Origin: Trichoplax sp. H2
Lineage: Eukaryota
Reading direction: 5' to 3'
Assembly (NCBI GenBank): GCA_003344405.1
Contig: NOWV01000127.1
Location: 186,001 to 218,737, forward strand
DNA length: 32,737 nucleotides
The notes below the pieces were generated by a model. That model was not told where the DNA came from and did not search any database. It saw only the letters and a program-made list of their open reading frames with translations. A program made the position numbers and the translations under genes. Of the stretch, positions 22,685-32,737 are shown one piece after another. Each line of letters begins with the position of its first letter. Positions within the stretch are counted from its first letter, which is position 1.

Positions 22685-22781
22685 CTATGTAGTTCCGGTC
22701 GGAAATTGTGATATACAATTTATTACATTTAAGGTATTATTTGATGCATAATTATAGCTTATGATCATTCGATTTTCTTAC

Positions 22782-22850
22782 ACTCTCTGTAAACTTGGAG
22801 CACACAGGGTTTGAGGGTGAACATGTGATAATTTGTTGCGATCTAATCTC
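22782..22850 (-). CDS. LRR exon (copy B)
   Basis: 69 bp; RLDRNKLSHVHPQTLCAPSLQRV. Confidence 0.88.
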
Positions 22851-23395
22851 CTAGTTGTTAAAATTATTACGATATTATAACCACTTTTCAACTTATTTAG
22901 GATCTCTAAAGTCGGCTAATTATAAAAAGATAAGTAAATTTCATGCCATTATATCTTGATCATGTTGTAATCAATAGCCTTACTATAGCTAGAAAGATTT
23001 TAATAAGTAATCATTTATGATTGCTGTCAGAGCTGTAACTGGCATTTAGTGTTACTAGGCAGTAATTATTAGTTAGATTGGCAAATAGCTACTAGAAGGT
23101 TAAGTATTGTGGCTACAGCTATGTTTGTTGCGCTAATTACTAAGAAAAATAAACTAAAACTTTCTACGGACTTTCCAAATGTATGTGACATATATATGGC
23201 CTTAGATTAATATTTCTTGATATTAAAACTATATAGATATAGCGGTTTTTATATTATAACGAATTGTGGAGAATTAGTATTAATCTTCGATAAATAAACT
23301 TAGAGGAACATCGACAGAAATGTTTCTCTTTACTTCGTTGCTATTTAAATTATTAATTTGACCCTATTGTTCTATGCGATATCTGTAGGACTTAC

Positions 23396-23467
23396 AAAGT
23401 TTTCAAGTGTCTAAAATCACAAAATGTACCATCTTCAATTGAAACCAGTTTATTTAGAGAAGCCTGA
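23396..23467 (-). CDS. LRR exon (copy B)
   Basis: 72 bp; QASLNKLVSIEDGTFCDFRHLKTL. Confidence 0.92.
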
Positions 23468-23730
23468 CTACAAGAATTGAGAGAAGATGACTTAAATTGA
23501 ATTTAGTAATAACATGCAATGAAGCTACAGAAAGACTTTTCATTAACTAGCAGAGGATATTACGAATATGCAAATGCTAAATTATACATAATGCGGAAGA
23601 CGAAACTATTTAAAATGACTGCTATAACGCAATTTATTTCTTTTTACGCGGTTATTTCAATTTTTTATATAGTTAAAGTGATAGAAAATTTGCTACTGTG
23701 ATACATAGCAAAGTTTTTTGATCTACTTAC

Positions 23731-23802
23731 AACTCTTGAAGCTTAGTTAAGCCTCTAACAAGATCACGTTGTATATGCTTCAGATCGTTACCTGAGAGGG
23801 AG
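23731..23802 (-). CDS. LRR exon (copy B)
   Basis: 72 bp; SLSGNDLKHIQRDLVRGLTKLQEL. Confidence 0.92.
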
Positions 23803-24008
23803 CTAATAAAAACATGAGGAATAAAAATTAGGTCTTTGGCAATACTCAATTTTAGCATAACTATAATAAGAACTTCAGAATATAGAATTATAGTAAATAA
23901 ATGCTTTAGCAAACAATAAAAAGAAAGACTATCGTACATTAATAATGTTTTTAAAGTTCTAAAAGATAGCCCCAAATTTTCCTAGATATTTTTAAATCAT
24001 TTACTCAC

Positions 24009-24080
24009 AGAAATACGAGATTCTTTAATTTAGTAAAAGAACCATTTTCAATTGTTCTAATTTTGTTATCTGCTAGCTCT
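24009..24080 (-). CDS. LRR exon (copy B)
   Basis: 72 bp; ELADNKIRTIENGSFTKLKNLVFL. Confidence 0.92.
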
Positions 24081-24313
24081 CTAATTCAGAAATTTTATTA
24101 TTACGATAAAAAGCTGTATAATATTAAATATTGTGGAACAATATCAATAAATTATTATTGAAATGCTTATATATAGCCAAGGCAAACCAAAAAATTAGTA
24201 CTCCAATTTATAATTAATATGATAAAATTATGAACTAAAGTCAATGCTGAAATTAAGGCAGAGAACTAATTATTTCCATCTTATGGATTAAAACATTTTA
24301 ATTTGCCACATAC

Positions 24314-24385
24314 AGCAGATAGAGGTGATCAAGATTGACAAAATAGCTTGGCTTTATGATCGAAAGACCATTATCGGTAAAATAT
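24314..24385 (-). CDS. LRR exon (copy B)
   Basis: 72 bp; YFTDNGLSIIKPSYFVNLDHLYLL. Confidence 0.9.
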
Positions 24386-24731
24386 CTATTAGAAAATAAC
24401 AATTTTTTGTCATTTACATTAAAGCAGACATTGCACATTCGTTACTGTTTACCAGGGTGAATGCCTTGGTGATTTCTCACATTGTAGGATATATACATCT
24501 TACGTTTTTATTATTTTCGCAACAGTTATCAGTTTTATCTACTGTAAATGGTTTCTATTTGGCAATAATTGTAACGGATAACTAAGAATTTATTTAACTA
24601 GTAAAATGTCTAGTATTAATTTCCATGACTGCTAGTATATGAATTTATAGAAGCTAGCATTATTAGAGACAAATTTAAGTTATGAAACCATCATAAAGTG
24701 TTATATCGTATTTTACATTTAGTAGGCATAC

Positions 24732-24803
24732 AATTTGGCCAATTTATTGGTTGGCTTGAAAGTGTCATCTTCGATGTAAGTAATTTGATTTGATATAACG
24801 TAT
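24732..24803 (-). CDS. LRR exon (copy B)
   Basis: 72 bp; YVISNQITYIEDDTFKPTNKLAKL. Confidence 0.92.
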
Positions 24804-25221
24804 CTGACAGTAGATATAATTGAAATATAGAAGAATAGCTAAACATAATGTAATTTTTTAATAATCTACGGTTAAAGTACTATTACATAGCTAGCGATGG
24901 TAATAACTAAAAGAATAGCAACGAATTGGAGTTATATCTGAATGAATTAGATATCGTATTGTAAAAAGATTTGATTACCAACATATAAGGATTCGGTAAT
25001 ATATTTAAGAAAGCATTTAATTTGGTAAACGCAGTAATGTTTTGTGCACGACTGATTAGTCCAGTCATAAGAAAATAATGTTGTTAAATACATTGCAATA
25101 CTTTACATTAACGTTGAAAAAATCTTATCATCTCGGTATTGTAAATTGGTATTGATTGATATGACAGAAATATGCAAAAATTGAACGCATTGTAATGTTC
25201 ATCACTAAATCACGTTCTTAC

Positions 25222-25293
25222 AATTCTGTCAATTGAGAAAGACATGCAAGGCTACCATTGGATAATTTCGGTAATTTATTGTTATTCAAATTT
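25222..25293 (-). CDS. LRR exon (copy B)
   Basis: 72 bp; NLNNNKLPKLSNGSLACLSQLTEL. Confidence 0.92.
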
Positions 25294-25807
25294 CTAGAGA
25301 AAAATAGTTCAGTATTATAATTTTATAAATGATAATGATTAGCTATATGATAAATTTTAATAAAAATGTTAAGCCTGAACTTATGTGGCACTGTAAAAAG
25401 TTGACTAGCTTCGAATTTATAATTGGCTTTCTGTTGCATGTGGTCTCTAAGAATAAGCTCATTTTGCACGTAAATGTTACTCTGAATTTTTTACTATGTA
25501 CTCGTACTATATACGGTGAAAAAGATTCAAAGGAAGTATCGAAAGTAATCCAAACTTTAAAATTTTGCATATAAAGAAAATAATATTGCCTGTATAGAAC
25601 GCGATTTCTACAGTATTTTTAAATCCAATGGAAGGTATTTTGGAAGTAATCTATCAGAATTCACTAGAATTTCTTACTAATTTATTTTGGATTTCAAGTG
25701 TAATGTCATATTCTAAATTAATTATTCATAGCTATCATCGATAGCATGAAATCTTATAAATTCTTTAAGCAATTCTCTCATAAGTTCTTGTATCTAAATT
25801 AACTTAC

Positions 25808-25879
25808 AATTTTTCCAAATAACGCATTGGGCAGAATGTTTCGCTTTCGATAAATTCAATGTCGTTATTGTGTATACTT
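25808..25879 (-). CDS. LRR exon (copy B)
   Basis: 72 bp; SIHNNDIEFIESETFCPMRYLEKL. Confidence 0.92.
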
Positions 25880-26323
25880 CTAATGGAGTAGAATAGATAT
25901 ATCAGATTTATTTTGCCTCAAAGCAGTGACTAAAGCAGAATTATGCTAGTTTACGGGAAGGCTAATTAAATATTTAAATGAAATCGAATTCGCCATTAAT
26001 AAAATTTTGAACCAAACTTGAGCTGAATTATGGTAGTCGACAATGATATAATTCGTAAATTAGATTCAGATGTGAAGGAGGTAATAATTGTATAGAAAAC
26101 TACGAATAGCTGAAATATGGGATTTCAATACCGTAGTCTTTTTTAGTAATAATTACTTGATATCAAAGATACAGCTTTAAGAATGTACTATCAATGAAAT
26201 ATGAATAAGAAAATATTCTTTAACTAATTCTATCAAGTAAATATTGCGCAAAGAAATCAGTTTCATCATGTATTAATATATTGATAATTATCGAACTAAT
26301 TATTTTAGAATGCAGTATCTTAC

Positions 26324-26395
26324 ATATGTCTCAAATTGATAGTACAGGCAAAGGTATACCGTTCAAGTTTTTTAATTTTGTTTAGGTGAAGCCAA
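26324..26395 (-). CDS. LRR exon (copy B)
   Basis: 72 bp; WLHLNKIKKLERYTFACTINLRHI. Confidence 0.92.
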
Positions 26396-26504
26396 CTAAA
26401 ATTATATAAAAGTAACAAATAAGTATGCAGCCATATTATCAGTATTCTATAAGTATATTAAATTAAGTAAGAATAAAGTAGCTTAAATAAAGAATGGTAC
26501 TTAC

Positions 26505-26576
26505 AGCTCCCATACCTTAGGCATTCCACAAAATGAATACGGTTCTATATTGGTGATTGAATTTTGTTCTAATTTT
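26505..26576 (-). CDS. LRR exon (copy B)
   Basis: 72 bp; KLEQNSITNIEPYSFCGMPKVWEL. Confidence 0.92.
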
Positions 26577-27090
26577 CTAAAACGTCGAAAAAATTCAGTT
26601 TGCTAAAGATGGCGTATATGCTGTTACATTGTTTAAAGTAATTCACCGAATCATTAAAGGACTACAAAGCAAACAAATAAATGTAAATGTGCGCTATGTA
26701 ACTAGTTCTTTTTATTTTAAAAGTGAGTAAATTATGATCTAAGAGATAACGTGTTTAACAGCCTCGATGAATAGTTGTAAACATCGTAGAGCAGCAATAT
26801 TAATAGCAAACTTTTAAAGCTCAAAAATGTGCTAACAATAGATTTGTTAAATGAATATGGGCTATAATTGATCATGGGTACTTTTGTTGGCCTACTACAG
26901 TGAATAAATATAGATTATTTCTTGTCTTAGTTTGATATCTAATTTTGATTTCTTACATTGAAGGAGCACTTATGTAATACACTAAGTATTCTTACTGATT
27001 TTTTTGCGAATATAGTCATATTATTCTAAAATTGCGTCTGATAAACAGCTACTATTGCAATTGATTATATTTAAAAATTCATATGCTTAC

Positions 27091-27162
27091 AAATGTTCTA
27101 ATGATTGTAGGCCAAAGAATACAGAACGGCGTACGGTTTTCAGATGATTTCCTGCGATATCA
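27091..27162 (-). CDS. LRR exon
   Basis: 72 bp; DIAGNHLKTVRRSVFFGLQSLEHL. Confidence 0.92.
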
Positions 27163-27406
27163 CTAATTAGAAATGAAAGTTTAAAAATAGCTTATATACA
27201 ATAATTTATCGAGATTTCGTTATGATTTACGTCAGAATTAAATAAAGTTTATAACTTTTAAATGGTAGTTGCAATTTTAAGTTATCTGAGTATAAATTAA
27301 TGAATCATACAATCTATAGTATGAACTTTAGGCGATGTAAGATGCATAACGCCTACCGTCAATGATGCAATAAAACAAGCGTAAAATTGAGGCATATTAA
27401 ACTTAC

Positions 27407-27478
27407 AGCATGCGAAGTTTAGTCAGATTTCGAAAAGAATTAGGCTCAATGTCTTCGATAACATTATATTCAAGGTAT
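27407..27478 (-). CDS. LRR exon
   Basis: 72 bp; YLEYNVIEDIEPNSFRNLTKLRML. Confidence 0.93.
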
Positions 27479-27641
27479 CTAAAAATTTGGAAAAGTATTT
27501 AGTTTACTATGCATGAGCTCATTTAAAAAAATAGAGTCTGACAATTACTAGTCATAATAAAATCTTTAGTCTGCAAGTTATCCTATTAATATAAAATTAT
27601 CATTTCTTTACAATGTCTGTAATATCTGATTTTATACAAAC

Positions 27642-27713
27642 ATGTCTTCCAATGATGACAGACAAGCCAAACTTTCGTTTTTAACAACTTTTAGGCGATT
27701 GCCCTTCAAATTT
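27642..27713 (-). CDS. LRR exon
   Basis: 72 bp, weak GTTTGT donor; NLKGNRLKVVKNESLACLSSLEDI. Confidence 0.85.
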
Positions 27714-27935
27714 CTGTATAATATATTTACAGATAGGGAAAAGAATTCCGTTATGCGTAAATCAAGTTTTCCTTGTATGCGTCTAGTATAGTACAAGTCT
27801 CTAGATAGCATCATAAATAGTTATTGATATTGATGACTAAACAAATATTACAACTAAATTTATTGATTATAATTAAAATTATTATTTGTTACTTGGGCAA
27901 TAATTAATACTTTAATTTCATATATCGATACTTAC

Positions 27936-28007
27936 AGACGAACAAGTGATTCTAAACCGCACAAGGAGTTAGTTTCAATTGTAGATATTGCATTATGTTT
28001 CAGCCGT
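27936..28007 (-). CDS. LRR exon
   Basis: 72 bp; RLKHNAISTIETNSLCGLESLVRL. Confidence 0.92.
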
Positions 28008-28296
28008 CTGAAAAGTTAATAAAAGAAGGATAACAGATCAGCTTTAAAGCATAATACAACCTAATTTGTTGATAGGTTAACGGAGACTTAAGTGTACTAG
28101 CATAATTGCTAATTTATTCTATCGGATACTTAGTTTTATTTTGAGTCAAATGGATTTAAAATCATTTGATATCTACTTTAAAAATGATACGCAATCTAGA
28201 TACAGCTTCATAACATATGTAACTAAATCACCACAAATTAATTGTAGTGATTGTTAGTAAAATAGTAATTAACTGTAACATCATTTACAAACTTAC

Positions 28297-28368
28297 AAAC
28301 TTTCCAGATTTAACAGACAACCAAAATCACCCTCAGACATGGTTTTAAGGCGATTATTGTCCAGAATT
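28297..28368 (-). CDS. LRR exon
   Basis: 72 bp; ILDNNRLKTMSEGDFGCLLNLESL. Confidence 0.92.
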
Positions 28369-28479
28369 CTAATCAATCATTATTTTATTAAAACCAGAAT
28401 GTAAACAGTAATAGAAGTAATTGTTATTATATAGTTTCCTATTAGCGAATGATAGTGTAAAATAATAGGTTCCACTTAC

Positions 28480-28551
28480 AAATGTTGTAAATTTTGCAAC
28501 ATACAAAAAGCTTTGGGTTGAATGCTTGTCAATGCATTTGATCGAAGTGTC
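28480..28551 (-). CDS. LRR exon (most 5' clearly intact exon)
   Basis: 72 bp; TLRSNALTSIQPKAFCMLQNLQHL. Confidence 0.92.
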
Positions 28552-28917
28552 CTACAAGAATGGAAGATATAGATATTTACTAGCGGTTAGCATGTTAAAT
28601 TTGATATACGAGTGTCACGGTACGAACTACCGTGAAGAAATAGTTATCTAAATTTGGTTAATATAATATAGTGATAATATATTACATCTAGTTCCTGACA
28701 ATAGAAATTACTCTAATTATAAATGTGTTACAGTAAATTTATTGCTGTGCTGTAATGTGTACTGAAATGATTCTGTGAATGGACATATTGTAGTCCGACT
28801 GTGAAAAACTAGTTAGTAGATGTTCTCACACAAGTATTTTTATAAGATGACTTGTGAATGTTAGCTGCTGTAGAAGGGTATATAAACCCGTCAGATAGCT
28901 GAATAAAGCAGTTCTCA

Positions 28918-29182
28918 ATTGTATAGTTGTTTTAACGTAGAATCAAAGGCGTCTAAATTCTTGTGAGATAGTTAAGGGATACTGAATCCCGGAGACTATA
29001 GTAATTTAGAGATTTGTCTAAGATTTTTTTTGTTCAAGTAGGAGTACTTGAAAGCCATTGTATTAGGCTAACATAATTGAAAGGCGAAAAAAACCTGTTG
29101 CTACGGCCATACAAGAGGTCAAGTTTTTGTATTTATTCAGTCAATTTATTTCAGTGATTAAATATTGACCGTAATGGATCGA
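28918..29182 (-). pseudogene. Two decayed LRR exon remnants (~28918-28987 and ~29113-29182)
   Basis: SVSLNYLTRI / DAFDSTLKQLYN and SIHYGQYLITEIN*LNKYKNLTS, with stops, frameshifts and damaged splice sites. Confidence 0.45.
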
Positions 29183-31470
29183 TGAAAGGTATAAAGAAAG
29201 ATGACAAGATAGTCTTTTAAGAGTTTATCGAAGAAAATACAATTCGAAATTAGGTAATAATCAAGTGTGAATACACCACTGTAAATAACTGGATAAAAGC
29301 TCTTATAGTAACTGTATTTATACAGGTGGTCTTAAGCCAATTAAATTTTTGTTATATCTTCTAGACATGCAGGCAGCTTATTCTGGTGTAGTAATGTTAA
29401 TATCTGCGGTAATATCAAATATAGTCAAGTCCGAAATGAAATGATTGATAAGTAATAAAATTCGCAGCTAAAAAACGCTTATAACTTCTAGTCTTCAAAA
29501 GGCTTATTACATCGAATAAGATGGGTAGTGAAATCAGAAGACTTTCCCAAAAGATCTGTCTCACGAGTTAAACTTCAATTTATATTTCTTAGATTAATCT
29601 ATGAACTCGTTCAAGCTTAAAATATGCAGTTAATATTGCATTTTACTATTGGTTAACCATGCCTATAGTAAGAACTTCATGTTTAAGTTTCGGATATACT
29701 TGAACAAAACGCTATTTCGAACCAGTTTGATTCGAGGAAGAAAACGTTCTTCTTTGCGTCACTTAAAGTATCCTAACTTTATGAACTTATATTGAGAAAT
29801 ATAAAAAATTATAAGCTAGACTTACAATAACACTGACAGCATAGAGAAATTGCGGGAGCAGAAGTTCCAACGGTGACCAATCTAACTGCAGTGGAACAAT
29901 TTGACTTACTATCTGTTAGTTTCGGAATGATGATCTTGTTGTCTCTTGCAATCTTGTACTTCCTGTTCTATTATTGCTAATATTGAACAATCGAACTATA
30001 AATATGACTCGATACGATCAGCAAATAGCGTGTACAAACAATGGAAAGGTAAAAGGAACTTATACATACTTTAGTAAATCATGCTGTCGATTTATTTATT
30101 TTTGTAACATATTTTTATTGTTAACGATGTCATGTCATTATCATGATAATTTGCTAGTCAGTTTGTAATTATTTCTGACAATTGTATTAAATTCTAACTC
30201 TTATGTATTCCATCAAAAACTTGTTTACTTCGTCTAGATAATCAGCGTTACAATAATAAATTAATGGTGAACGATATATTTTAAAAGTACGTTCTACTAT
30301 TGAGAGTGAGATATTTGTCACCCATTTTACAGATCGAAAGAATAAAACCATATTATGCCTAATGGATTGATTAGCTGTCTTCACTTTGAAAGTACGGTAA
30401 ATTATCATGAATTCATATTATTTGATGGGAAATTTTATCAAGGAAACAGCTCACCATTAATTCGATATCTAGTAGTATTTAAAATGTTTCTATCGAGTTA
30501 CTTTCAATTTTTTCAATTTTATTTTCTATTTAGATTGCAACAATAACCTATCGTTGTAACGCTACCCGGCAATAGAAGCGTCATTACTTGTTCAGATTAC
30601 TTAATAAGTAAATACAACGAGTTAAGCTCGCTGCTTAGTGGATACAATACAAGTACTAATTTTGGCTTAAAAGCTATAATTATTGAGATGTAGATATAGA
30701 TCAAATTTCGAATGCATTACGGTTTTTCTTATATGGTGCTCGACAAACGAGTTATCTTTGTGATTGGGGTGACAAGCAACCGACAGTATAGCATTTACAA
30801 TTTTCTATTCTTAAATTTTGCTAGTTTAATTCAACCTTTTCATTATTCAAGCACCCGCAAATACATTACATTTGTGTTTTTAAAACATCATATAAAAACT
30901 AGTAAATTAAACAATACTCATAGCACACTAATTGGAATTACTGGAATAATCAATCAAGATTGATTTGTCTCTGTCATGCTAATTGACCGAAAGTAAGCTT
31001 TATCGTTCTACTTTATTCCCAGAACTTTGACTTTTTTCAAAACGAATAGCAACGCCTTATTAGCGGCACTAAGAGAACATAATGAATTAAGAATTCAATT
31101 GTTATCGTAGGGAGAGTAGAATTCAATTTTATAAAAACGAAATCAATTAGGAATGATGAGCTAACCAGCTTTTAGCTTTAACTATATGATAGCTATCTAT
31201 TGGTTTGATTTGCTGAGCGAAAATCTAAAGATTAAGGGATCTATCGAGAAAAGGATGGAATAAATTGTAAGAGATATCCATAAAGTGTTTTCAACAGTAA
31301 AGATGGCAGCATGAACCGCAATAGGTCAGACACTGAAGGGTAATACAAAATTACGTAATAGTTGCATAATTAATATTTAGAAAAAAATTAGACAAGATTA
31401 TCAGCCGATGGTGAATGTTATAAGCATATTGTAATAAGACCTGTTGCCTGCATGAATAAAGGTCAAAAAG

Positions 31471-31888
31471 TTGCCATTGAAATGTAATGAAATGAAAAGT
31501 GTAGAGATCAAGCTACAAAAGTTTAACAAACTTTCATTCTACTTTCGTTGCACTCCGGTCGACTTAACGCTAATACTTTGGCACCAAATAAAAATTTGGG
31601 GAAATAATCGAACAACAACTTATTACAAAACAAAATGGAGAGAAGTACAAACCGAACAACCTTACAAGTACTTAGCTTTAAGTATTAATAAAATAAGTGA
31701 CAGACTTAAAAACTGTCAACGACCAAACAACCTTTCAAAAAGAAGAACGTTTTAACTTACGACAATTTGACCCCGAAGGCCTTTTAAATTCTACAAGTTC
31801 TTCAAATAAAATCTTCTTCTACTCTCTCTCTAAATTTTCTAATTGCACTATCATTTACAGGCTTCGTAGAGCCGTCAGAGGTATTTAA
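31471..31888 (+). mobile_element. Probable decayed non-LTR retrotransposon (LINE) reverse-transcriptase C-terminal fragment
   Basis: LKCNEMKSVEI, VQTEQPYKYLALSI and, after a frameshift, RFNLRQF...FFYS resemble the LxxNxxKT, KYLGV and RLxFLRxL..FYxS blocks that follow YADD in LINE RTs. No YADD was seen. Confidence 0.4.
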
Positions 31889-32737
31889 AACTAAACAATT
31901 GCTAACCAATCGCTCTTAAGATCCGTTTTAGAAAACTACTTTGCACCATTTATCGCCATTTAAGAAAACAAAAATCATTCAAAGTTCAGACACAATTTAC
32001 CCTACGATTCCCCTACAAAACACTATAAAACTAACAAGCTAACTATAAAAATATATGAAACTTCACTTCTAACATAATTTCTATCTTTAACACACTATGA
32101 AAGTCTAAAAATCAACCTTTAAACATCAAGATTTAGTCATAAAAATAACATTCTAACTACTTAACAATCAACACAACCTCTGCCAATTTCCATCTTATTT
32201 TCTATTTTCCTCACTAAATTCTCCTAATGTGACTTCAAGTCACGTCATAAAATTCCAAAGTTTCAAATTCATAACAAAAGGTTCAAATTTCAAAAATCAA
32301 CTCTTAGATATTTTTCATAAACTAAAATCCAAAAATTAAAACAAGAAAATTATATCGGACATAAATGCGACCGGTTCCGGAATCCGAATCCGAAAAATTC
32401 GGTTTTTATAAAGATCACAGTAATCGCTTATCAAAAAAATTTATACGACTATTACGACTACTTTTCTGATATTAGTATCGCTGAGTATTCGCGAGTATTG
32501 ATAGTTGATGTTTTAGCGTCAGATCGGTAACTGTACGATTATAGACTGCATTACAGTACTTTACCGTCTTGTTATACATCCCCTTTGTCTAAGGATAGGG
32601 TTTTGCTACTAAGTCAAATTCTTTTATAATTTGAATAGACGATCAAACGCCCTTTCTTTAGATTAGACAATTGCTCTCGGGCGACTTCTATAGTAATCTC
32701 TATATAATACCTTGTAAAATAATGAAAAAGAAATGAT

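Larger units (their letters stand above)
20059..26800. repeat. Copy B of ~7 kb direct duplication
   Basis: Starts at the 20-N gap. It lacks the 18311-18744 insertion and a ~190-bp segment (~13553-13741 of copy A). Confidence 0.95.
1741..28551 (-). pseudogene. Giant multi-exon LRR-containing GPCR (LGR type C / RXFP-GRL101-like) locus with disabling lesions; 5' end unresolved
   Basis: Dozens of AG..GT-bounded phase-2 exons, each encoding xLxxNxIxxLxxxxFxxLxxLxxL, lie upstream of a rhodopsin-type 7TM exon. There is an in-frame TAG at 2722-2724 and a 68-bp frameshifted exon at 9116-9183. Pseudogene status is less certain than the family call. Confidence 0.8.

Noticed and set aside
5820-28551. 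Regularly recurring acttac motifs as a CRISPR-like or repeat array
   Set aside because: They are the reverse complement of GTAAGT splice donors.

Overview
AT-rich eukaryotic DNA with short GT-AG introns. The organism looks like an early-branching animal; placozoan/Trichoplax-like is a guess, not shown by the sequence. Almost the whole window is one minus-strand gene for a very large leucine-rich-repeat G-protein-coupled receptor (LGR, RXFP/GRL101 type C-like). A terminal exon (1741-2815) encodes the hinge and 7TM domain. Upstream are about 45 non-redundant intact one-LRR-per-exon modules (63-87 bp, all symmetric phase 2), or about 64 if a ~7 kb internal duplication flanking an assembly gap is real. 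The hinge has an in-frame TAG just before TM1, one LRR exon has a 1-bp frameshift and several other LRR exons are decayed. The locus is therefore either a young pseudogene or a source of a soluble LRR ectodomain. Introns carry three complete TG...CA solo-LTR-like insertions with perfect 5-bp target-site duplications and a fourth, gap-truncated relative. Both 20-N gaps are flanked by duplicated sequence, consistent with uncollapsed divergent haplotypes. The right end holds a probable decayed LINE reverse-transcriptase fragment and a strongly G-depleted tract. The gene's first exons and start codon could not be resolved. Peptides below were translated by hand, and the last residue of each LRR exon is a split codon.
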